A stretch of DNA of 64,000 bases from an uncultured Spirochaetota bacterium (lineage in GTDB: Bacteria > Spirochaetota > Spirochaetia > SZUA-6 > Fen-1364): assembly GCA_963734545.1 (NCBI GenBank), contig CAVTHO010000007.1, positions 512,001 through 576,000 on the forward strand. The letters run 5' to 3'. Position numbers and translations under genes: made by a program. How positions within the stretch are numbered: the stretch's first letter is position 1; each line of letters opens with the position of its first letter. Below, one piece after another: positions 40,217-48,849 of the stretch. The notes beneath the pieces were generated by a model. The model had not been told where the DNA came from, searched no databases, and was given only the letters and a program-made list of their open reading frames with translations.

Positions 40217-41080
40217 ATGAAACGTGCTCTTCTGGTCGGGATCAACGATTACCCGGGTACAAAGAACGATCTCCAGGGCTGCGTCAATGACATCACGAAC
40301 CTCTATGACATTCTGGTGAAGTACTTCGGCTTCGCCTCCACCGACATCGTGATGCTTTCAGACAAGCGCGCGACGAAAAAGGCAATTCTGGAGGGACTCA
40401 AGGGCCTTGTCGCGAAAAGCGGGGCAGGGGACAGTGTCGTGTTCCACTATTCGGGCCACGGGTCGCAGGTGCGGGACACGGAGGGAGACGAGCTGGCGGA
40501 CGGACTGGACGAGATCATCTGTCCGTGGGACTTCGACTGGGACGGAACGTACATCAAGGACGACGATTTCGCCGGCATCTTCGGCGGGCTCGCAAAGGGA
40601 TTGTCACTGGAGGTCATCCTCGATTCATGCCACTCGGGCACGGGGACACGGGAGATGATTATCGACAGGACCAGCCTGCGGAGCCAGCCGGCAGGGCTCC
40701 TGGACGAATCAGCCCTGTGGGCGAGCAGTCACTGCATACGTCCGCGCTACCTTGCGCCGCCTGCGGACATCGCGCTCCGGGCGGACGAGATTTTCGGTGA
40801 ACCCCTGAAGCTGCGCCGCATCGGAGACGAAGGGCTTCTGAACCACGTGCTGTGGGCTGCGTGCCGTTCGGACCAGTATTCGGCTGATGCTGATGTGGGG
40901 GGCAGGCCGGGGGGAGCGTTCACCTATTTCTTCTGCAAGCACATCAGGGACACGGCGGGGAAGGTGAGCCGGACAAGCCTGATGAAGCTGGTGCGGGCGT
41001 CCTTGAAGCACGAAGGATTTTCACAAGTGCCTCAGCTCGAATGTCCCGAAAGTCTCAAGAAGGCAGGTGTATTCGCCTAG
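40217..41080 (+). CDS. Stand-alone metacaspase (peptidase C14)
   Basis: Motifs ALLVGINDY, LQGCVND, FHYSGHG and ILDSCHSG (His/Cys dyad), ACRSDQYSAD, GAFT and QVPQL. Confidence 0.9.
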   Translation: MKRALLVGINDYPGTKNDLQGCVNDITNLYDILVKYFGFASTDIVMLSDKRATKKAILEGLKGLVAKSGAGDSVVFHYSGHGSQVRDTEGDELADGLDEIICPWDFDWDGTYIKDDDFAGIFGGLAKGLSLEVILDSCHSGTGTREMIIDRTSLRSQPAGLLDESALWASSHCIRPRYLAPPADIALRADEIFGEPLKLRRIGDEGLLNHVLWAACRSDQYSADADVGGRPGGAFTYFFCKHIRDTAGKVSRTSLMKLVRASLKHEGFSQVPQLECPESLKKAGVFA

Positions 41081-43635
41081 GCACGGCTCATTGACGACGA
41101 GCCTCCCTTGGCGTTCGAGGCAAAGAGAAGCGCCGCGCACACATATACCAGGGCCACTCCCATGAGAACCGCGCTGAAACCCGCGGAGGTGGAGATGATG
41201 CGCGTGAGGACCGAGCCGGTGACGGAAAGCGCGCCGTTCATCCCCCACGCCCATGGCAGGATCGATTTTCTATTCTCGGACAGGACCGCCAGCCCGGTGG
41301 GGAACGGGACTCCCAGGAAGAATCCGAACGGAGCGATGAGGCCGGCCGCCAGCAGCGCCTTGAACGGAAGCGAAAGTCCAAGTGCGGCCTTGAGAATCGA
41401 AGACAGGCCGAACTGGTAGAAAAGAACAAAAGCCACAATGCCGGCGACAGCAGCAGTGACCACCGCTCGTGCATTTCTTCTCAGCTTTCCCGAGGCAAGG
41501 CTGCCGATGCCGGAAGAAATGAGAAGAATTGTGATGACGATGGCATTGGCATACACGGGGTCAGCCAGGAAGAACACGAAACGCTGGATAAGGAATATCT
41601 CCGCCATCATATAGCCGATGCCGAGTGCCCCGTAGTAGGCAATCACGCCCAGCGTCCCCCGCTGGCCCATGAAGAGCTCCCTCCAGCGCGCAACCAGGGG
41701 AAGCATGATGATGAGCAGCCCGAAAATCAGGGATTGCGCAAAAGTGCCCAGGAGCAGCAGGTAGCCCCATTCTTCGGAGATCTCCCCGGCGTGCGAGATG
41801 AAAAGGGGCAGCGTGGCCGGTTTCAAATACCCTGAATAGTAAGGTTTGTCGTCAGTGGCCGGACGGATATCGAACACATATTCAGAAAAAAGCTCCGCTT
41901 GCCTGCCCGCCAGCATCCATTCCAGGGAATAGCGATACAGATCACTGGCTTTCAACTCCGCTTCCGGCGGCTTTCCTGGTTCGTTTGACGCTTCTTCGGA
42001 CTGATAAATCCCGCGATATCCCGCCAGGATCTGCCTGAAGTCCCGTGTTCCCTTCGGCATGCCCGGGTAGTAGTCAGGCGCGAAGGACATCCGGCGGCAA
42101 TATTCTTTCAGCCGGTCGACTTCCGCGGCGCTGAAATCGCCATTTTTTATCAGCACAGTTGCCGTTGAAAGCAGCAGGTTGAAAGCAAGAATCTTCTTCT
42201 CCGGATTCCGGATCCCGCTTCGCCGCATCGCATCAACCACTGTCGAAAGAAGCTTGGGAACGTTCCGCGGCGGGCTCAGCCTGTCCCATACCGTTATCGA
42301 GAGGATTCCCGATGGCGCGAGGCATTTCAGGTATTCCTGGAGCGCCTCGGCCGTGTAGACATAATTCTCTTCCACCGAGTAGCCGCCCGCCTGCGAGAGC
42401 CCGATCGAATCGATGAGCCCGATCTCGACAAGATCGAATCGCTGATCGGTCGAGCCCGCAAAAGACCTCACCTCCGCGTTCACGAGCTTCACCCGCCGGT
42501 CTGCCAGAAAATCCCCCCCGTATTCTCGAAAAAACGGTACGTCTCTCAGCATGTGCACCAGGTCGGGGTTCGATTCGACGACCCAGACCTCTCGTGCGCC
42601 GTGATGAATCGCCGTGTGCACTCCCGCGCCTCCGCCGAGCCTGAGCACGAGAACCCGAGGCTTCGCGAGAATGACATAGGGCGCCGACATCGGAAGGAAG
42701 TCGATGTAGTTTTCCTCATCACTCTTCAACTTCCGCATGACGCCCACCGGCCCATTGCCGTCGACATACATTCCGAGAAATGCATTCTGCGGCATCTTCG
42801 AAAGGGAAACACCGGCATTATCACTGAGACCGGGCGCGAAATGGAAATAGGAGCTGGAAAAGACTCGCGTCTCTCCCAGGGGGCTGAATACATCGTAGAC
42901 GAGCGTCGCATCCGGATACTTGCGGGCGTAGCTCTCACCCTTGAAATCGGAAACATTGAGGCTCCCGAACCTGCCCAGAAGGACAAAGCCGACCGAAGCA
43001 ACCACGACAAACAGCGCGGTCTCGAGGTATTTCATTCTGAACCGGTCCTCCTCCGCGCTCCATCGCAGGCAGCAGAGAAGGGCGGGAAGGATGGCCACGC
43101 CGACAAGGGGATAGATGAGAAAGCCGGGCGGGAAAAGAAACATGAAGCCGAGTATGAGAAGCCCGCCGAGACCTGAGCCGAGCATGTTCCAGAAATAGAG
43201 CTGATGCATCCTGCCCGCCAGCGTGGTGAACATGACGCCAATGAAAATTCCCCCGGCAAAGAATGGGACCCCGTACAGCACGTAGTACACCGCGATCCAC
43301 CAGAGCTGGGAGGGGTCCGTGGCGATCAGCACGGGGTTGAAGGGCACCTGCTGCGCCAGGGCATGGGCGACCGCCATCGATGGGCCCAGGGCGAACGCCG
43401 AGGACGCCAGCCACGTGTCCGGATTGGCGCGGATGCGGTTTCCGAGAAGCGTAAGGAGGGTCCCGGCAAGACCAAAACCCAGCAGGGCGATGCTGATCAC
43501 CATCGAGCCGAAGTTCGACCAGCTTGCCACCGAGAACGCGCGCATCACTTCGATCTCGAAAGCCAGAATGCAGACGGACACGAGGAAGAGCGCCGCCAGT
43601 CTCACGTCGGAGAGCATTGTCCGCCGGAGCATCAT
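41077..43635 (-). CDS. Polytopic membrane protein with a central spermidine-synthase-like SAM-binding domain
   Basis: About 7 N-terminal and about 7 C-terminal TMs flank VLVLRLGGGAG, VVESNPDL, AEVRSF and EENYVYTAEA. Also RPATDDKPY and WAWGMNGALSV. Confidence 0.75.
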   Translation of the reverse strand: MMLRRTMLSDVRLAALFLVSVCILAFEIEVMRAFSVASWSNFGSMVISIALLGFGLAGTLLTLLGNRIRANPDTWLASSAFALGPSMAVAHALAQQVPFNPVLIATDPSQLWWIAVYYVLYGVPFFAGGIFIGVMFTTLAGRMHQLYFWNMLGSGLGGLLILGFMFLFPPGFLIYPLVGVAILPALLCCLRWSAEEDRFRMKYLETALFVVVASVGFVLLGRFGSLNVSDFKGESYARKYPDATLVYDVFSPLGETRVFSSSYFHFAPGLSDNAGVSLSKMPQNAFLGMYVDGNGPVGVMRKLKSDEENYIDFLPMSAPYVILAKPRVLVLRLGGGAGVHTAIHHGAREVWVVESNPDLVHMLRDVPFFREYGGDFLADRRVKLVNAEVRSFAGSTDQRFDLVEIGLIDSIGLSQAGGYSVEENYVYTAEALQEYLKCLAPSGILSITVWDRLSPPRNVPKLLSTVVDAMRRSGIRNPEKKILAFNLLLSTATVLIKNGDFSAAEVDRLKEYCRRMSFAPDYYPGMPKGTRDFRQILAGYRGIYQSEEASNEPGKPPEAELKASDLYRYSLEWMLAGRQAELFSEYVFDIRPATDDKPYYSGYLKPATLPLFISHAGEISEEWGYLLLLGTFAQSLIFGLLIIMLPLVARWRELFMGQRGTLGVIAYYGALGIGYMMAEIFLIQRFVFFLADPVYANAIVITILLISSGIGSLASGKLRRNARAVVTAAVAGIVAFVLFYQFGLSSILKAALGLSLPFKALLAAGLIAPFGFFLGVPFPTGLAVLSENRKSILPWAWGMNGALSVTGSVLTRIISTSAGFSAVLMGVALVYVCAALLFASNAKGGSSSMSRA

Positions 43636-44957
43636 TCGGCAGCCTTGGAGTCCGACGCCCTGTGCAATCCTCCACCCTTGCTCGTAAAGGGGACGAAAAT
43701 CTCCTTGTGCTTCCCCTGGTAGATATCCTCCCTCTCGAGGTCCACGGAGCCGTCCCCATTCACGTGCTTTGTGATGCGAAGGATGGTCTGGCCTGAAGGA
43801 GGACCCACCGGGATGACCATGATGCCCTCGGGCGCGAGCTCACGGAGGAGCTCCGGCGGGACGTGGTCGATGCCGCAGGTGACGATGATCCGGTCGAAAG
43901 GCGCGTGCTCGGGCCAGCCATTGTACCCGTCGTCGATCTTTCTCTTGATGTTGCCGAATTCCGGATACCTGGCCCTGTATCGTTGATAGATGGCATCCGT
44001 CTCTCGCGCCAGCGCCTCCACGATCTCTATGGTGTAGACGTGGTTCGTCAGCTCCGACAGGACGGCGGACTGGTATCCCGAGCCCGTGCCGATCTCCAGC
44101 ACTTTCTGATCCGGCTGCGGGTCGAGATAGTCCGTCATGCGGGATACCATGTGAGGACCCGAAATAGTCTGGCCGTATCCTATGGGAAGCGCCGCGTTCT
44201 CGTAGGCGCGCCGCGCATCGCGGGCGAAGTACTCACGCGGGGCGCGGAGAAACGCCTCGAGGATGCGCTCATGCGTAATATTCCTGGTGCGGAGAAGCAC
44301 CTGCGCTCTTTCCCACTTCGCCAGAAGGTACTTTTCCTTCTGGTCCGTGTGCGTGAGCATCCAGGCAACGAACTCGGCCCGGTCGGTCAGAGGCGGCTTC
44401 TCATTACGGGAGGCCACGTCGAAAATCGGACCCGGCTCGCCGAGCATGATCGGACCGGTCTCCGGTGCGATCTGCGGCCTGGGTTTGGCCGGTGCCGCGA
44501 CAGGCACTGCCTTGGCAGCGTGAACGGGGGCAGCGGCAGGGGCAGGAGCCGCGGCAGGAGTCGAGCTCCGGGCAGGGGAGGGCGCGGCGACAGGCGCCGC
44601 GGCGACCACGGGCGCCGGCGCAGGCGGAGGCACGACGGCCGGAGCGGGCGCGGCCTCAGGGACCGGCGCAGCAGCGGGCGCGGGCTTCGGCTGCGGGGAG
44701 GGGACGGCCGCTGTGATGCGCGGAGCCGGCTGATCGGACTCCGGCGCGCGCCCGCCGATATCGACGATGATGAATACGGCCAGCACGACGAGCAGGCCTG
44801 CCGCCGATGCGATCAGAACGCCGACGGAGCTTCGCCTGCTCGGCGGGGCGGTCGGGACTCTGGCTGCGGGAACTGCCGAGCGCGGCTGATAGCCGCAGAC
44901 TCCGCACGCCTTGCCTGACTCGAGGTCAAACCCGCACTCGGGACATTGCGTGCTCAC
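43632..44957 (-). CDS. pcm: Protein-L-isoaspartate O-methyltransferase with N-terminal Zn-ribbon, TM helix and Pro/Ala linker
   Basis: GTG start after AGGAGG. CPECG..CGVCG, then a TM helix, then PIMT motifs ALPIGYGQTISGP, VLEIGTGSGYQSAVL, DGYNGWPEHAPFDRIIVT and FVPF. Confidence 0.85.
   Translation of the reverse strand: MSTQCPECGFDLESGKACGVCGYQPRSAVPAARVPTAPPSRRSSVGVLIASAAGLLVVLAVFIIVDIGGRAPESDQPAPRITAAVPSPQPKPAPAAAPVPEAAPAPAVVPPPAPAPVVAAAPVAAPSPARSSTPAAAPAPAAAPVHAAKAVPVAAPAKPRPQIAPETGPIMLGEPGPIFDVASRNEKPPLTDRAEFVAWMLTHTDQKEKYLLAKWERAQVLLRTRNITHERILEAFLRAPREYFARDARRAYENAALPIGYGQTISGPHMVSRMTDYLDPQPDQKVLEIGTGSGYQSAVLSELTNHVYTIEIVEALARETDAIYQRYRARYPEFGNIKRKIDDGYNGWPEHAPFDRIIVTCGIDHVPPELLRELAPEGIMVIPVGPPSGQTILRITKHVNGDGSVDLEREDIYQGKHKEIFVPFTSKGGGLHRASDSKAAE
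44480..44720 (-). repeat. Low-complexity Pro/Ala-rich coding tract (APAPAAAP-type imperfect repeats)
   Basis: Translation reads PKPAPAAAPVPEAAPAPAVVPPPAPAPVVAAAPVAAPSPARSSTPAAAPAPAAAP. Confidence 0.7.
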
Positions 44958-45155
44958 GAGCTGAACTCCCCTCCTGAGAGACATTGAGAATACATTAGAA
45001 TATCGACTTGTTGCATTGTCAAATTGAGGCGCGAGGCTTGATTAAAGCCCGGGATTGGGCTAAGCAGTACGATCCGCGTAAACCGACTCGGCATGCGCGG
45101 CGGCACGCCGCGCAAGGTGATTGGAGCGGCGCTCTGCACTCAGGAAAGGTGATAC

Positions 45156-46340
45156 ATGGCACAGGAAATGACCAGGCTCGCTGTGGAAGGCAGGGAAATC
45201 GTGCTTCTCGGAACGGCACACGTTTCCCGGGAAAGTGTCGAGGAGGTGCGCAGGGTCATCAACGAAGAAAAGCCGGATCGCGTCTGCGTGGAGCTGGATG
45301 AGGGACGGCACGCGTCCATGAGCCAGGGCACCAGCTGGCAGAACCTCAACGTCGGCAAGGTCATACGGGAGGGAAAGGGGTTCCTTCTCATGGCAAACCT
45401 CGTGCTGGCCTCGTTCCAGCGCAGGCTGGGGAAGGACCTCGGCGTGAAGCCCGGTGAAGAAATGCTCGCCGCGATCCAGGTCTCCCAGGAACTTGGCATC
45501 CCTTATTCCCTGTGCGATCGCAACATTCAGGTGACACTGCGCAGGGCATGGGGACGGACGCGCCTCTGGGGAAAGGTGAAAATGCTCTCCGCCATGCTCG
45601 CATCGGTGTTCACCAACGAAAAGCTCAAGCCGGAGGACATCGAGAAGCTCAAACAGAAGGACGTGCTGCAGAGCATGATGGAGGAGCTGGCCGATTACCT
45701 GCCGGCAGCCAAAGCCGTGCTGATAGACGAGCGCGATATCTATCTCGCGACGAGGATCTACCAGGCGGAAGGGAGCAAGGTAGTTGCGGTGGTCGGCGCG
45801 GGGCACATAGGCGGTATTGCGTCGCATATAATGGCGCTCGCGGAGAAAAGGGAGACCGTCGATCTCGGGCCCCTCGACCAGCTGCCCGACAAGGGATGGG
45901 CAGGCCGCGTGCTTCCGTGGATGATCCCCGCTGTCATCGTTGTGCTTTTCGGGCTCGGATTCCTCAAGGCGGGATGGCAGATGAGCCTGGAGATGTTCTG
46001 GCGCTGGCTCCTGCTGCATGGGGGGCTTGCCGCGCTGGGGTCTCTGCTCGCCTTCGCCCATCCGCTGACCATCGTCATAGCCTTTGTGGGCGCGCCCATC
46101 GGGACCCTGAATCCGTTCGGCAAGATAGGCCTCTTCACGGGCGTAGCCGAGGCATTCCTCAGAAAGCCCCGGGTGAGGGACGTGGAAAATCTCTCGGAGG
46201 ACCTGACGAGCTTCAAAGGGTTCTACACGAACCGGGTAACGCATATTCTCATTGTTTTCTTTCTTTCCACCCTCGGCGCCGCGATCGGCAACATCATTGC
46301 CATCGGCTGGCTCGCCGCGCTGTTGAAGGGCGGCACCTGA
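45156..46340 (+). CDS. TraB/PrgY/GumN-family protein with C-terminal TMs
   Basis: Motifs LLGTAHVS, VCVELD, PGEEM, DRNIQVTLRRAW, LIDERD and VAVVGAGH. Confidence 0.9.
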   Translation: MAQEMTRLAVEGREIVLLGTAHVSRESVEEVRRVINEEKPDRVCVELDEGRHASMSQGTSWQNLNVGKVIREGKGFLLMANLVLASFQRRLGKDLGVKPGEEMLAAIQVSQELGIPYSLCDRNIQVTLRRAWGRTRLWGKVKMLSAMLASVFTNEKLKPEDIEKLKQKDVLQSMMEELADYLPAAKAVLIDERDIYLATRIYQAEGSKVVAVVGAGHIGGIASHIMALAEKRETVDLGPLDQLPDKGWAGRVLPWMIPAVIVVLFGLGFLKAGWQMSLEMFWRWLLLHGGLAALGSLLAFAHPLTIVIAFVGAPIGTLNPFGKIGLFTGVAEAFLRKPRVRDVENLSEDLTSFKGFYTNRVTHILIVFFLSTLGAAIGNIIAIGWLAALLKGGT

Positions 46341-46341
46341 A

Positions 46342-46851
46342 TCAGCCTATCCTGTACCGGTAGATATTGCCCTGGGTGCGCTCCGGACTCAGGCCGGGGA
46401 ACCGCCAATAGTGCGAGACCACGCGGGCGCCCGGCGCGAGCTCCCTGCTGAGCTTCGCCTCCAGGCGCGCCATGACAAACCCCACCTGGAAGACGGTGAT
46501 GAGCTGGTAGCGGGAAAGGTCTTTTCTCCAGAAGCTTCCCCAGTGGATGAAGGCCCGGTCTGCAAGCCCTGCTTTCCGGATGTTGCGCCGCGAGATGAAC
46601 ACGAGTACCGGGTTGACTTCGTAGCCATGGGCTTCCGCGCCCTTGAGCGCAAGCGCGATGACGATGCGTCCGTCTCCTGACCCGAGGTCGGCGGCTTTTT
46701 CTCCCCTCCGCACATCGGCGAGTTCGGCCATCACGCGCGTTTCGTTCGGGCTGCTCGGGTCATAGATGGCACCGCGCCCCAGCGGGAAAAAGACGAAAAA
46801 AAAGAGGTAGACCACTGCGCCCGCGATTGCGACTGTCAGGATTGCTGCCAT
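46342..46851 (-). CDS. Small membrane-anchored class I methyltransferase (FAM173-like)
   Basis: N-terminal TM. Motifs GAIYDPS, ADLGSGDGRIVI, GYEVNP and ELAPGARVVS. Confidence 0.8.
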   Translation of the reverse strand: MAAILTVAIAGAVVYLFFFVFFPLGRGAIYDPSSPNETRVMAELADVRRGEKAADLGSGDGRIVIALALKGAEAHGYEVNPVLVFISRRNIRKAGLADRAFIHWGSFWRKDLSRYQLITVFQVGFVMARLEAKLSRELAPGARVVSHYWRFPGLSPERTQGNIYRYRIG

Positions 46852-46985
46852 TGCGGATTCAGGGTATCAGCGAATGGCCGATCGGAAAAGCCCCTGATGG
46901 CATTCCCATGCAGCAACGGCTTGATGGCGGATTTTCAGCATGATAACCTTGACTCGATTTCCAAACGCTTGAATCAGGAGTGGTC

Positions 46986-47900
46986 ATGCTTCGCAAGATC
47001 AGACGGAAAATCGGAGCAAGACTCCGGAGTGTAGTGGCATATGCGCTGCGAGACGCGATGGGGAACAGAGCGTCGGCGAATCGTTTCGTTTCATCTGAAA
47101 TTCAGTGTATGCTGAAAAACCAATACCGGTTGCTGAAGAAACTCGAAAAACCCGACGCAATGCCCAGCCTGAATGATGTCGGGTTCAGCGCGTATTCTCA
47201 GTTCGAAGAAGACGGCATCCTGTTGTACATTTTCTCGATTGTCGGGACGGCGAACAAGAAGGTCGTCGAAATCTGTGCCGGAGATGGAATCGAGTGCATG
47301 TCCGCCAACCTTATACTCAATCATGGCTGGCAGGCTCTCCTGATGGATGGCAACGCTGGATTGGTCGATCGAGGAAGACAGTTTTACGCAAAGCACCCGC
47401 TGACCTATCTTTCCCCCCCTGTTTTCAAACACACGTGGATTACCGCTGAAAACGTGAATGTGCTTGTCACGGAGAGCGGCTTCTCCGGCCAAATCGACCT
47501 GTTGAGCTTCGATGTCGACGGGAATGACTACTGGATACTCAAGGCCCTAAATGCCGTCGAGCCTCGCGTTATCATCTGTGAAACACATGGCATTGTCCCG
47601 CCCGATCTCGCGCTGACGATGCCGTACACGCCCGATTTCGATCTTTCGAAGCAGCCGGCTGGTCAACGCGAGTTTCACAGCGCATCTCTGCTGGCAATGA
47701 AAAAGCTTTGTGCCGAAAAGGGCTACAGATTCATCGGGACCAACGCGTTGGGCTTTAATGCGATATTCATGCGAAACGACATCGGGCAGGACTATTTTCC
47801 GGAAATCAGCGCCCCGTCCGTGCATGAGGCTTCGTCCCTTCATGAGGACCGGAAGAAGAGATGGTCAACCGTGAAAGACTTGCCCTGGGTAAAAATATGA
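46986..47900 (+). CDS. FkbM-like methyltransferase (FSQxxEDG subfamily), paralog of 2008-2883
   Basis: ATG after AGGAG. Motifs YSQFEEDG, VEICAGDG, DLLSFDVDGNDYW and SASLLAMKKL. Confidence 0.75.
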   Translation: MLRKIRRKIGARLRSVVAYALRDAMGNRASANRFVSSEIQCMLKNQYRLLKKLEKPDAMPSLNDVGFSAYSQFEEDGILLYIFSIVGTANKKVVEICAGDGIECMSANLILNHGWQALLMDGNAGLVDRGRQFYAKHPLTYLSPPVFKHTWITAENVNVLVTESGFSGQIDLLSFDVDGNDYWILKALNAVEPRVIICETHGIVPPDLALTMPYTPDFDLSKQPAGQREFHSASLLAMKKLCAEKGYRFIGTNALGFNAIFMRNDIGQDYFPEISAPSVHEASSLHEDRKKRWSTVKDLPWVKI

Positions 47901-47984
47901 CCGATTCTCTTGAGCGTCGATCAGCAAAAGTGTTCATGCCCGCCCGCCCGATCTCGAACGAGTGACAACGATCCAAATTGACCC

Positions 47985-48821
47985 TTGGACCCCCAGCGAT
48001 TATCTTCGTCCGTAATGCCAGAACTGACTGCCCCGCAGCTTGCCCGGCTGTACGACACTTTTCGCGACAGGGAAGTGACGTTCAATGCCCAGGTGATCGC
48101 CGCGAGCGGCCTCATGCCCGCGGACATCTACCTCAAGGTTGCCGACCAGCGCCTGCCCTGCGTGCTCTACGCCTGCTCGCTCCGCGGCGCGCGGGTCATC
48201 GCGGACCTTGGGGACGCGGCACTTGCTCCGCACCTGCGAACGAACAGCGTGCTTCCCCTTCGTCTGGCATTTCGTCCTCCCGGAGAGCCGGCGCCGCTCG
48301 CTTTTTTCGTCTCGAGCCGCGTGGAAAGCCTGTCGGATTACAATCCGCAGAAGCCGCAGGTGCAGTTTGTGGCGCTCGAGTTTCTCCAGCGCCCCTCGGA
48401 CACGCTCATCGCCATCCTCGGTTCGCTGCTGGAGGTGAACACAAACTCGGTCCGTCGAAAGGATGAGCGGATCGTGATCACACCGGAGACCATGCGGATG
48501 ATCGGGCTGGATTCGAAAGAAAGCTGCGTGGCCATCGAAGGGGCCCCCCGTCGATGCATCGTGCGCGACCTCTCATTCGGCGGAGCCAAGATCCTTGTCA
48601 CGGGAGTGCAGGGGCCGCGGGAAGAGAAGAAAGTCCTTCTCAAGCTGGCGCGATGCGAGTCGAACGATGACATGGTGCTGGATGGCAGTATCGTGCGCGT
48701 GGAAGAAGTCGAAGGGAGCAAGGACGTTCTGGCGCTCAGCATCCGGTTTTCCTCCGACCCGCCCATAGGTTACAAGCAGAGAATAAACGGCTACTTCGCC
48801 GCGCAGGGCAAAGCGCGCTGA
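47985..48821 (+). CDS. plzA: PilZ-domain c-di-GMP receptor, spirochaetal PlzA-like
   Basis: RKDER (RxxxR) and DLSFGG (DxSxxG) motifs in the C-terminal half, with an N-terminal PilZ-like domain. Confidence 0.75.
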   Translation: MDPQRLSSSVMPELTAPQLARLYDTFRDREVTFNAQVIAASGLMPADIYLKVADQRLPCVLYACSLRGARVIADLGDAALAPHLRTNSVLPLRLAFRPPGEPAPLAFFVSSRVESLSDYNPQKPQVQFVALEFLQRPSDTLIAILGSLLEVNTNSVRRKDERIVITPETMRMIGLDSKESCVAIEGAPRRCIVRDLSFGGAKILVTGVQGPREEKKVLLKLARCESNDDMVLDGSIVRVEEVEGSKDVLALSIRFSSDPPIGYKQRINGYFAAQGKAR

Positions 48822-48849
48822 AACCCGAACGAGACGCAGGCCCCGGCAA

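Noticed and set aside
43632-44400. PIMT as a RiPP aspartimide-forming maturase
   Set aside because: No precursor peptide, lanthipeptide/lasso/graspetide synthetase or C-terminal RiPP-type extension is seen nearby.
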